Assembly (NCBI GenBank): GCA_964430875.1
Contig: CAYSHP010000005.1
Location: 8,740 to 72,739 of the forward strand
From: an uncultured Halanaerobiales bacterium
GTDB lineage: Bacteria > Bacillota > Halanaerobiia > Halanaerobiales > M55B127
Direction: 5' to 3'
Length of the DNA stretch: 64,000 bases
Of the stretch, positions 28,404-37,315 are shown one piece after another. How positions within the stretch are numbered: the stretch's first letter is position 1; each line of letters starts with the position of its first letter. Made by a program: the position numbers and the translations under genes. Below the pieces are notes generated by a model, which saw nothing but the letters and a program-made list of their open reading frames with translations, did no database searches and was not told the origin of the DNA.

Positions 28404-29321
28404 TTATTTTTTAATTAACTCTAAAAATACTTGATGTAAGGTTGCCTCTCTAGTATGAATACTTAATACATTAAATTCAGATTTGATTTTATCAATTTTA
28501 CTTCCCAGCCCATTTTTTTCTAAGGGTAATTCAATGATGACTCTCCCCTTTTCTTCTTTAATAATATCCTTATTTACAATATTCAAAAGCTTATCTAATT
28601 TGTTATCTTCTTTTCTTATAATAACCTCTACCTGTTTAGTTCCATAACGGCTTTTTAATTCTGAAGGAGGTGTTATTGTAACAATTTCACCTACATTGAT
28701 AAAGGCGATTCTATCACATAAACGATCTGCTTCCTCCATAAAATGCGTACTTATTAAGACAGTTTTCCCTTGCCCTGCAAATTCTTCAATAGCTTGATGA
28801 ATCATTTCAACAGATTGAGGATCTAAGCCACTGGTAGGTTCATCTAATATTAAAAGTTGGGGGTCAGTTAATAATCCTCTTGCAATTAATAGGCGCTGAC
28901 GCATCCCCTTAGAATAATTTTTAACCTGTCTATCACCAGCTGGACTTAAATCAAAAAATTTAAGTAGGTCTTCAACTTTTGTATAATTAACATTATATAA
29001 GTCAGCAAAAAATTTGAGATTTTCGCGACCTGATAATCTTTGATATAAATTATTTGTTTCAAAGACAACTCCAATTTTTTGTTTAGTTTTTTTACTTAAA
29101 TTATTCGACTTTTCTCCAAAAATATAACTATCTCCTTGGGTTGGTTTTAAAATTCCAGTTAAAATATTTAAAGTAGTACTTTTACCCGCTCCATTTGGGC
29201 CTAAAAAACCAAACACTTCACCTTTGTTAACTTTAAAAGATATTCCCTTTAGGGCATTAACCTTATTATATTCTTTTTTTAGACCATCAATAACAATCGG
29301 ATAATCAGATAATTCCATCAA
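28404..29321 (-). CDS. ABC ATP-binding protein (DrrA/CcmA-like)
   Basis: GPNGAGKST, YSKGMRQR and STHFMEEADRLCDRI. Confidence 0.9.
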   Translation of the reverse strand: MMELSDYPIVIDGLKKEYNKVNALKGISFKVNKGEVFGFLGPNGAGKSTTLNILTGILKPTQGDSYIFGEKSNNLSKKTKQKIGVVFETNNLYQRLSGRENLKFFADLYNVNYTKVEDLLKFFDLSPAGDRQVKNYSKGMRQRLLIARGLLTDPQLLILDEPTSGLDPQSVEMIHQAIEEFAGQGKTVLISTHFMEEADRLCDRIAFINVGEIVTITPPSELKSRYGTKQVEVIIRKEDNKLDKLLNIVNKDIIKEEKGRVIIELPLEKNGLGSKIDKIKSEFNVLSIHTREATLHQVFLELIKK

Positions 29322-29339
29322 TAAACACCTGCTTCAATT

Positions 29340-29822
29340 TTATTTAATAATGTTTGGGTCCCATAATAAGTAATTATTATTATGATCTCTTGCTACATAA
29401 GTCTTTTTTTCTATAATCTTCTCTTTTTCATTTCCAGCTGATTTATAAATAGTCTTATATTTTATCTTTATTTCAAAAAGTTCATTTGTATCTTTCTCTT
29501 TTATTATTTTATTAAAGGGTTCAACCCATTCTTCTAATTTGTTTATTTCTAAAACTTCAACTTCCGTAATTTTTAAATTATATTTATCAGTATTTTCTTT
29601 TTGAAACTTTAGGTATTCTTCTTTATTTAATACATCCTTAATATCAGGATGCATAAATTCATATACTTCAACAAATTTATTTTGCTGGTAATTTTCATAT
29701 ACTTTGAGTATAAATTCTTTTATAATTTTATTTGATTTCTCTTCATTTTCTAAAGCCAAAATTGGCATAGTAAAGGCAAAGATAATTAAAACCAAAAATA
29801 TTAATCTTTTTTTATGTCTCAT
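29340..29822 (-). CDS. Hypothetical exported protein
   Basis: Signal peptide ending PILA; start overlaps the permease stop. Confidence 0.55.
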   Translation of the reverse strand: MRHKKRLIFLVLIIFAFTMPILALENEEKSNKIIKEFILKVYENYQQNKFVEVYEFMHPDIKDVLNKEEYLKFQKENTDKYNLKITEVEVLEINKLEEWVEPFNKIIKEKDTNELFEIKIKYKTIYKSAGNEKEKIIEKKTYVARDHNNNYLLWDPNIIK

Positions 29823-30850
29823 CGGTTATACACCCTCTTAAATACATAAAATAATATACTTGCTAAGATTACTGCAAATACCAAAAGAATAAATAAATTA
29901 TACCAGATAAGTGAAAAATTTGCATCTATACTTAATAAATTATTAACAATCTGGAATAAATAATAAGTAGGAAAAAATTTGGCTAAAATTTCTGTGAAAT
30001 CAGATAAATTATAAATTAAAGTTGGGAAAAGTAAAGGAAAATATACTATAGTTCCAATTGATCTTGCAGCAGACTGTGAGTCAGATTTTGCTCCTATTAT
30101 TAATCCAATTAAATTAAAAACTAAAGAAGCTAAAAATATAGCAATAAAAACTGTTATAATATTTTTTAAAGGTTGTCTGTAAAACCCATTAATAAAAAGC
30201 ATAATTAAAGCTGTAATAGTAGATAAGATAACTCCAGATAATATTTTGCCTGTTAGAAATAATAAATTAGAAGCAGGGGTAATATAGACTGCATCCATTG
30301 TTTTATTTTCTTTTTCCTCAGCTAAATTACCGGAAATAATTAAAACACCTATCATTGTAATCGTAATTGTTAACCAAATAGGTAGAAAACCTAATTTACC
30401 TTCAATTCGATTAACGGCTGTTACCTTTAAATTAAACTGTAAAGGTATATTAAGATAACGTTCGATAAGATTTTCTAACTGGTTTTGTAAAAAGAAATAA
30501 CTGCTTGTATTTCCAGCATTAAGATATAATTCAAAGTCCTTTTGTCCCTGGATATGAACTACACCTGCAACTCTTTTACCAATCTCTTTATTAGCTTCTT
30601 CTACCTTTTGATATTTAATCGGATTAATATTTGCAATGTTTTCATTGATATAATTGCTGAAACTATTATTTTCTTCAACAATACCAATATTAAACTGCTT
30701 ATTTAAACCAGCATCCTCAATTATGAGAAAAAATAAAGAAGCTAACAAAGGTAATATAATCACTATAATAATAGTCTTATTTCTTAAAAATTCTTTCATA
30801 TCTTTTTTTATTACAGAACTAATTATAGATAAATTATTCATTTCAGTCAC
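29819..30850 (-). CDS. ABC-2 exporter permease
   Basis: LAEEKENKTMDAVYITP and KFFPTYY; six-TM layout with a loop. Confidence 0.8.
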   Translation of the reverse strand: MTEMNNLSIISSVIKKDMKEFLRNKTIIIVIILPLLASLFFLIIEDAGLNKQFNIGIVEENNSFSNYINENIANINPIKYQKVEEANKEIGKRVAGVVHIQGQKDFELYLNAGNTSSYFFLQNQLENLIERYLNIPLQFNLKVTAVNRIEGKLGFLPIWLTITITMIGVLIISGNLAEEKENKTMDAVYITPASNLLFLTGKILSGVILSTITALIMLFINGFYRQPLKNIITVFIAIFLASLVFNLIGLIIGAKSDSQSAARSIGTIVYFPLLFPTLIYNLSDFTEILAKFFPTYYLFQIVNNLLSIDANFSLIWYNLFILLVFAVILASILFYVFKRVYNR

Positions 30851-30941
30851 CTACGAATCTAATATTTATTTATAAAAATAAAAAGGAAATACAGAAAATA
30901 AGTAAAATATATTAATTAACAGTATAAACAATTAAAAAGGG

Positions 30942-31829
30942 ATGTTCACTATGCAGAAAATTAATAAATTAAAAATAATATTAGCTTCAATTCTCTTATT
31001 AATAATCATATTAACGCCAACAGCTACTTCTGTCAATATTAATGATAACATATTTATTAATAAAACAGAACTCAAACAAGGTGATATTATTGTTATTAAA
31101 ACAGAAGACAATAACTCAACACATCATATTTTATTTAATAATCGAAAGTATAATTTTAAACTTCTAAATGATAAAAATATAGCAATTATTCCAATTTCCT
31201 ATTGGACTAATGCAGGCAAATATGAACTACAAATAATAAAAAATGATAAAACATTCAAAACTCAAATAAATATTTTATCGGGGGACTTTAAGAATAGTTA
31301 TATAAAAGTTGATGAAGAAAAGGAAAAAATAATAAAACCTAAAAAGGAAGAAGTAATTAAAAGAAAAAAAGAAGACCAACAAATGATAAAACAAGCCAAA
31401 AATAGCAGTGTACAAAGTATGCTTTTTGAAAGCAAGTTTATTTGGCCTGTTAAGGGGCCTATTAGTACAGACTTCGGCGCAACACGCTTTGTTAATAATA
31501 AATTACAAAGCAGACATTCTGGTATTGATATTGCTGCTGATAAAGGTACAAAAATAGTAGCTCCAAATGACGGAATAGTGAAATTAGCAGCAAATTTACT
31601 TGTTACAGGTAATACTATCATTATTGACCACGGCTTTAATATATTTTCTTCCTATTCCCATCTTTCAAAAATAACTGTCAATGCAGAAAGTAACGTACAA
31701 AAAGGTGAAAAAATTGGAGAAATTGGTTCTACGGGTTTCTCTACTGGCCCACACCTACATTGGACAATAACAGTCGGAAGTGTTTTCGTAAATCCCAGAA
31801 ATTTTATTAATAATGATATATTAAAATGA
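30942..31829 (+). CDS. M23 family metallopeptidase
   Basis: HSGID, YSHL and GPHLH zinc motifs; signal sequence. Confidence 0.9.
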   Translation: MFTMQKINKLKIILASILLLIIILTPTATSVNINDNIFINKTELKQGDIIVIKTEDNNSTHHILFNNRKYNFKLLNDKNIAIIPISYWTNAGKYELQIIKNDKTFKTQINILSGDFKNSYIKVDEEKEKIIKPKKEEVIKRKKEDQQMIKQAKNSSVQSMLFESKFIWPVKGPISTDFGATRFVNNKLQSRHSGIDIAADKGTKIVAPNDGIVKLAANLLVTGNTIIIDHGFNIFSSYSHLSKITVNAESNVQKGEKIGEIGSTGFSTGPHLHWTITVGSVFVNPRNFINNDILK

Positions 31830-31853
31830 TAATTTACTAGACTAATATAACAA

Positions 31854-31888
31854 AAGAAGGGAAATAAAATTTCTTTATTTCCCTTCTT
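31854..31888. terminator. Bidirectional terminator
   Basis: Perfect 15-bp inverted repeat AAGAAGGGAAATAAA-ATTTC-TTTATTTCCCTTCTT. Confidence 0.8.
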
Positions 31889-31900
31889 CATAAAGATCTA

Positions 31901-31972
31901 TTAAGGAGTCATATTATTTAAATAATATACAACCGCCCAAATCACAACTATTAAACCAATGATTTCTAACAA
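31901..31972 (-). CDS. Putative 23-aa single-TM small protein (MLEIIGLIVVIWAVVYYLNNMTP)
   Basis: Below the ORF-track cutoff. RBS GAAGGGAG 8 nt before TTG, hydrophobic core, terminator 12 nt after the stop. Confidence 0.55.
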   Translation of the reverse strand: MLEIIGLIVVIWAVVYYLNNMTP

Positions 31973-32091
31973 AAATATCACTCCCTTCTTAATAACTCTT
32001 TTTATTTTAAAATCAAATTTTTTACTTCCTTTTTATTACCTTATATTTTATCATAATATCCAGTCTTAAAAAAGTTAAAAAATAACATACT

Positions 32092-32523
32092 TTATTTTTC
32101 TATTTTTTCAACTGCATTTGCGCCACATTCAGGGCATATTTTCCCGTGGTTTCTTCTTCCATGTCTTTTATGATGTTTATTGATCTTTAACAGAAATTCA
32201 GTGCCGCATTTTTTGCATCTATAACGACCTTTATCTAATTCATAGTCCCCACCCTCAAATCTTAATGCTTTACCTTCTAATAGTGCTTCTGCCACTTTTT
32301 GATGGGTTTTTGTTAATATTCTTTGAAAAGTTGGTCGAGAAATATTCATTTTTTCAGCACTTTCAGTTTGGTTTAAACCTTCCACATCCTTTAGCCTCAA
32401 AGCTTCTACTTCTTCTAAACTAAGTAGTACTTCTTCTAATTCTCGGCCAGGTATTCCCGCTGGTTTAAAAAATCTAATATATGGTATGTTTTTTATTCTT
32501 CGCCTTTTAGGAGGCCTAGGCAT
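32092..32523 (-). CDS. DUF134 domain DNA-binding protein with C-terminal Zn ribbon
   Basis: MPRP..., EEVEALRLKD and MNISRPTF; CKKC...CPEC. Confidence 0.85.
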   Translation of the reverse strand: MPRPPKRRRIKNIPYIRFFKPAGIPGRELEEVLLSLEEVEALRLKDVEGLNQTESAEKMNISRPTFQRILTKTHQKVAEALLEGKALRFEGGDYELDKGRYRCKKCGTEFLLKINKHHKRHGRRNHGKICPECGANAVEKIEK

Positions 32524-32597
32524 TTAATCACTCCTTACTTATTTATCTTGTTATTTATATTCTATCATTAATTTAATTCTATTTAAAGAAAATTTCT

Positions 32598-33329
32598 TTA
32601 ATCCTCTTTATTACGGGTAATGATTAAGGTATATTCACCTTCAAATGGTCTTAATTCTCCTTGAAAAAGATCTGTTATCCACTCCATCCTATTTGGAAAA
32701 GGACCTTCCCCCGGATATTCTGGTAAAATTTCACGCATTTTTAGGGCCATTCTTTTGGCAAAATCTTCATCACTTTCAGCTGGTTTACATTTTGAAAATT
32801 CACCAATATTAATTTTAATTGGATTTCGAAAAGACAGTTTTTTCGTACCACTAATTGCTATGGGTAAAATGGGAACATCTAATTTTTTAGCAACCGAAAA
32901 AACTCCTAAATAGAAAGGAAATATTCGCCCTTCAGCATGTCCTAACCTACCTTCTGGAAAAACAGCTAGATTATCACCATCTTTTATTATTCTCAGCATA
33001 GAACGTACTGCTTTAATTCTTGATTTTGGATCATCCCGATGAATAGGGGCTATTGGTTTTCCCATAGTATCTATAAATTTCTTCTTTTTCTTATTATCAT
33101 AAATCCCTTCATTTTCAGCAATAAAAATAATCTTGGGGGCTGGAGGAAAGATCATTAAGATAAAAAAAGGATCAATCCAATTTAGATGGTTTGATATTAA
33201 AATGTAATTTCTGTCTTTTGGTATATTATCTTTACCTGTTACTTCTATATTAAATAATGAATGAATTAACCCAGTTGCAAAAAATCTTGTAATATAAAAG
33301 GGAATTGGTGGTTTAGTTATAGTAATCAC
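32598..33329 (-). CDS. plsC: 1-acyl-sn-glycerol-3-phosphate acyltransferase
   Basis: NHLNWID (HxxxxD) and FPEG. Confidence 0.8.
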   Translation of the reverse strand: MITITKPPIPFYITRFFATGLIHSLFNIEVTGKDNIPKDRNYILISNHLNWIDPFFILMIFPPAPKIIFIAENEGIYDNKKKKKFIDTMGKPIAPIHRDDPKSRIKAVRSMLRIIKDGDNLAVFPEGRLGHAEGRIFPFYLGVFSVAKKLDVPILPIAISGTKKLSFRNPIKINIGEFSKCKPAESDEDFAKRMALKMREILPEYPGEGPFPNRMEWITDLFQGELRPFEGEYTLIITRNKED

Positions 33330-33360
33330 CTCACAAAAAATTTATCTCTGTAATTATATT

Positions 33361-33385
33361 ATTCAATATATTTTTTAATTACCCT
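33361..33385 (-). promoter_or_regulatory. SigH-like promoter candidate (AGGG-N17-GAAT)
   Basis: Upstream of plsC. Confidence 0.4.
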
Positions 33386-33457
33386 TCTTAATAATACTCT
33401 TGATATATTTTAAATATATTCATATAATTAAGTCATATAACAAAAAGGTGGTTAATA

Positions 33458-34891
33458 ATGACCAAAGAAAAAGTCAAACTAAAAAATATAGTTTCATACG
33501 GATTAGGAGATATTTATGGAGGCGGAGCTTTCTTACTATTAGGTACTTTATATTTGATTTTCTTAACCGATATTGTTGGTTTAAACCCTGCTTTAGCAGG
33601 GGCAGTTGTTGTAATAGGTAAAGTATGGGATGCAGTATCTGATCCGCTTATGGGCTATATCTCTGATAATATAGATACCAAATATGGTAGACGGAGAATC
33701 TTTTTTCTAATTGGAATAATACCGATTACAATTAGTTTTATTTCATTATGGATTCCTCTGAATACAGATAATAATATGTTATTATTTGGCTATTACTCGT
33801 TTGCTTACATCTTTTTCTCTACCGTCTTTACTATGGTTATGGTACCTTATTCTGCCCTTAATGCTGAAATGTCGGAAAACTTTGCAATAAGGACTAAGCT
33901 ATCAACAGCACGCATGGCATTCTCTCAGTTTTCAGCTTTAATATCAGGAGTATTACCAAAGTATTTAATAGATTTCTTAAATAAAGGAACTATTGTATCA
34001 GCAAAATATAGTTATTTAATAATGGGGATTGTCTTTGGTTTACTTTATGCTCTACCTTGGTTTATTGTCTATAAAGGAACCTGGGAAATACCTTATGAAG
34101 TAGACAAAAAGACTAAATTAATAGATAAGATTAAAAAATATAAGACAGTTTTATATAATAAGTCTTTTAAAATTCATCTGGGAATGTATATATCTGCTTA
34201 TCTAGCAATGGATTTTTTAATGGCACTTTTCATCTATTACCTTACTTATTATATTCAAAAACCGGATATCTTTCCCTTTTGTATGTTAGCAATTTTGTTA
34301 AGTCAGATTATTATGCTGCCCGTATATATGAAAATCAGCAACACTAAGGGTAAAGGCCTTGCCTATTCAATAGGTCTTTCTATATGGGGAATTGGCATGT
34401 TTAGCCTTTTATTTTTATCGGCCAGTACTCCCCTTTATCTAATATTATTAATCTGTATTGTTATTGGTTCCGGTTTATCAGCAGGAGTAATGATTCCCTG
34501 GGCCATTTTACCAACCATTTCGGACATAGATCAGGTTATAAATATTAAAAGAAGAACCGGTATATATTCTGGATTAATGACCTTTATAAGAAAGATAGCA
34601 CAAGCAATAGCACTTTGGTTAGTGGGTATAATATTAAGCCTCATAAATTATGTGCCTAATAAACCCCAGTCACCTCAGACTCTTTTTTATTTGAAGTATC
34701 TATTTGTTTTCGTTCCTATAATATTAATTATAGCTGGTATATTTTTTAGTTACAAATATAAGGTTACTCCTCAAAAACAAAAAATCTTAATTGAAGAAAT
34801 TAACCGGATAAAAAGCGGTGGTAAAAAAGAAGAAGCTGCTCCTGAAGTGAAAAAAGTTTGTGAAGAACTTACTGGTATTAAATATAGATAA
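33458..34891 (+). CDS. GPH-family (MelB/TogT-like) sugar:cation symporter
   Basis: YGLGD, WDAVSDPLMGYISD, GRRR and PYSAL; about 12 TM helices. Confidence 0.85.
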   Translation: MTKEKVKLKNIVSYGLGDIYGGGAFLLLGTLYLIFLTDIVGLNPALAGAVVVIGKVWDAVSDPLMGYISDNIDTKYGRRRIFFLIGIIPITISFISLWIPLNTDNNMLLFGYYSFAYIFFSTVFTMVMVPYSALNAEMSENFAIRTKLSTARMAFSQFSALISGVLPKYLIDFLNKGTIVSAKYSYLIMGIVFGLLYALPWFIVYKGTWEIPYEVDKKTKLIDKIKKYKTVLYNKSFKIHLGMYISAYLAMDFLMALFIYYLTYYIQKPDIFPFCMLAILLSQIIMLPVYMKISNTKGKGLAYSIGLSIWGIGMFSLLFLSASTPLYLILLICIVIGSGLSAGVMIPWAILPTISDIDQVINIKRRTGIYSGLMTFIRKIAQAIALWLVGIILSLINYVPNKPQSPQTLFYLKYLFVFVPIILIIAGIFFSYKYKVTPQKQKILIEEINRIKSGGKKEEAAPEVKKVCEELTGIKYR

Positions 34892-34919
34892 AGCAGAGGA
34901 GAATCCCTCTGCTTTTTTT
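34890..34919. terminator. Intrinsic terminator
   Basis: AAAGCAGAGG-AGAATC-CCTCTGCTTTTTTT. Confidence 0.85.
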
Positions 34920-34926
34920 AATCTAT

Positions 34927-35946
34927 TTAATATTCTTTTATTTCGTCTAGTTTTTCCTCAACTTTAATTTCTTCTGTAGCTACTTTTTGAGCTATATCTT
35001 CAATCCATTCATTTGTCTCATTACTTACATTATTAACAGGTAAATTTAAATACCTACCTTCATCTGCTCCATATTCCATATTATATAGTCCTGAAGTTTT
35101 ATTTTCATTTCTTATTTTTTTTACAATCTCAATTATCAAATCATTATATCTAAAAAGATCAGCTGTCAAGAAATGTTCGGGTGCTAGCTCAGTTTTATCA
35201 GTGTAAATACTTGTTACATAGGTGGGTCTATTTGCACTTTCTACTGCTCTAAACATCCCGTAGTTACCAAGATTAACACCACTCATTATAACATCAACAT
35301 TCCTATTAATAAGAGACTCAGTAGCTTGTTTAGTTTTTAAAGGGTCATTGAAACTACCTACATATATATATTCAAATTCAACCTGAGGATTATGCTCTAC
35401 TACAGCCTGCTGAATAGCATTTACTACTCCAATAGTCCAAGAAATTTTCAGCCCACCAACAAATCCAATTTTGCCTGTTTCTGTAATTTCACTAGCTAAT
35501 GCACCTAAAACATAATGACCAACATAATAATTTCTTTTAATTTGGATTACATTATTAAAATCTTCCGGTAAAGGTGTATCTTGTTCAACTATAAAAGTAA
35601 CATCTGGATAGTTTTCAGCTAAATCAAAAATACCATTATTAAATTGGGTACCATGTATCCAAAGTATATTATATCCTAAAGATATATATTCTCTTACTAC
35701 CCGTGGGGCATCAGAGACTGCTACTTGTTCAGAATAAGCCACCTCTATTCCTAATTGTTCATTTACATTTTGTAAGGCTTTATAACCAATGGTATTCCAG
35801 TCTGCATCCTGAATAGAACCAGGAAAAACTGCTGCCATTTTATATTCCTTCTCTTGAGCAAAAGTCAAATTACTCCCGGTCAAAACCAGTAAAACAAATA
35901 ATATCAATGTTACTGCTACTATTTTATTATTAAAATTTATTCTCAT
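34927..35946 (-). CDS. BMP family substrate-binding protein (nucleoside-type), orphan
   Basis: FPGSIQDADWN, GKIGFVGG and YVGSFNDP; signal peptide with no Cys. Confidence 0.8.
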   Translation of the reverse strand: MRINFNNKIVAVTLILFVLLVLTGSNLTFAQEKEYKMAAVFPGSIQDADWNTIGYKALQNVNEQLGIEVAYSEQVAVSDAPRVVREYISLGYNILWIHGTQFNNGIFDLAENYPDVTFIVEQDTPLPEDFNNVIQIKRNYYVGHYVLGALASEITETGKIGFVGGLKISWTIGVVNAIQQAVVEHNPQVEFEYIYVGSFNDPLKTKQATESLINRNVDVIMSGVNLGNYGMFRAVESANRPTYVTSIYTDKTELAPEHFLTADLFRYNDLIIEIVKKIRNENKTSGLYNMEYGADEGRYLNLPVNNVSNETNEWIEDIAQKVATEEIKVEEKLDEIKEY

Positions 35947-35995
35947 ATCGTATCCCTCCTGTATAATTCTGAGTATATTTGTCAGATTTATTTAT

Positions 35996-36024
35996 ATTAT
36001 AATATAATATTGGTATAAATGCAA
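35996..36024 (-). promoter_or_regulatory. sigma-A promoter TTGCAT-17-TATAAT
   Basis: Upstream of the BMP gene. Confidence 0.65.
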
Positions 36025-36056
36025 TAAAATAGTAAAATGATTAAATTATAAATAAA

Positions 36057-36081
36057 AGGATAAAGACTTACTCTCTAGAAT
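36057..36081 (+). promoter_or_regulatory. SigH-like promoter (AGGA-N17-GAAT)
   Basis: Upstream of rlmD. Confidence 0.5.
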
Positions 36082-36122
36082 AAATTAATGAAAGGTATTA
36101 TCTTATAGGTGGTGAAATAATA

Positions 36123-37301
36123 ATGGAAAATAAGTATAAAGATGAAGTCAATATCTGTGACCATTATGATTTATGCGGTGGTTGCAGCAGTTTAGATGTA
36201 CCCTATCAAAAACAAATTGAACAAAAAAAAGAAAAAGTGAAAAGTTATTATTTGGATAATGAAATTATGGAATTTCCACTTTCAAAAGTAGTAGAAAGTT
36301 TAAATATTTATGAATATAGAAACCATATGGAATTAAGCTTTGGAGATTTAGAAATTGGAGGCAAACTTCAACTTGGATTACATCCACGTGGAAAAAGATA
36401 TGAAGTTGTTACAATTGATGGTTGTTATTTAATAGACAAAGATTTTAGAAAAATTATTAGAACTATGATCGATTATTTCCGTAATACTGATTTTAAAAAA
36501 TACCATATTAAATTACGGGAAGGATATTTAAGAAATGTTAAATTAAGAAAAGGCGTTAATACAGGAGAAATATTAATAAATCTAATTACAACCTCACAAA
36601 GAGATCCTGATTTAAGTGATTTGGTTAATAAACTAAAAAATCTGGAATATAAGGATGAATTAATAGGAATAATTCATACTATCAATGATGATTTTGCCGA
36701 TGCTGTTAAAGTTGATGAAGTCAGAACTTATTATGGTAGAAATTTCTTTTATGAAAAATTACTTGATTATAAATTTAAAATAAGTCCCCTTGATTTTTTC
36801 CAAGTAAATACAAAGACAGCTGAAAAGTTATATAAAATAATCATAGATCATATAAAGGAAAGTAAAGATGAAACTGTTTATGACCTTTATTCAGGTACCG
36901 GCTCTATTGCCCAATTAATTTCTCCTTATGTTAAAAAAGTAATTGGAATTGAACTTGATAAAAGTGCTGTAAAACAAGCTAGAGCAAACTTGCAATTAAA
37001 TAATATAGATAACTGTGAATTTATTCAAGGAGATGTGAGAGAAATATTAAAAAATAAAAAAGAACCGGTTAAAAAGGTGATCGTCGACCCACCTCGCCCC
37101 GGTTTGCATTCTGAAGTGATTAAAAGTATTATTGATATTTATCCAAATGAAATTATCTATGTTTCTTGTAATCCTAAAACACAGGCTGAAGACCTTAAAA
37201 AACTTTTATATAATAATTACCATATTGAAGATATTAAGTTAGTAGATATGTTTCCTCATACTTCCCATATAGAAAGTGTTGCTCATATAGTTAAAGACTA
37301 A
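36123..37301 (+). CDS. rlmD: 23S rRNA (uracil-5)-methyltransferase
   Basis: CDHYDLCGGC cluster, FFQVN, DLYSGTG, VDPPR, YVSCNP and DMFPHTSHIE. Confidence 0.9.
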   Translation: MENKYKDEVNICDHYDLCGGCSSLDVPYQKQIEQKKEKVKSYYLDNEIMEFPLSKVVESLNIYEYRNHMELSFGDLEIGGKLQLGLHPRGKRYEVVTIDGCYLIDKDFRKIIRTMIDYFRNTDFKKYHIKLREGYLRNVKLRKGVNTGEILINLITTSQRDPDLSDLVNKLKNLEYKDELIGIIHTINDDFADAVKVDEVRTYYGRNFFYEKLLDYKFKISPLDFFQVNTKTAEKLYKIIIDHIKESKDETVYDLYSGTGSIAQLISPYVKKVIGIELDKSAVKQARANLQLNNIDNCEFIQGDVREILKNKKEPVKKVIVDPPRPGLHSEVIKSIIDIYPNEIIYVSCNPKTQAEDLKKLLYNNYHIEDIKLVDMFPHTSHIESVAHIVKD

Positions 37302-37315
37302 TTTTATGTTATTTT

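Noticed and set aside
33400-33621. 73-aa + strand ORF overlapping the symporter start
   Set aside because: Different frame over a well-supported gene, with no RBS.
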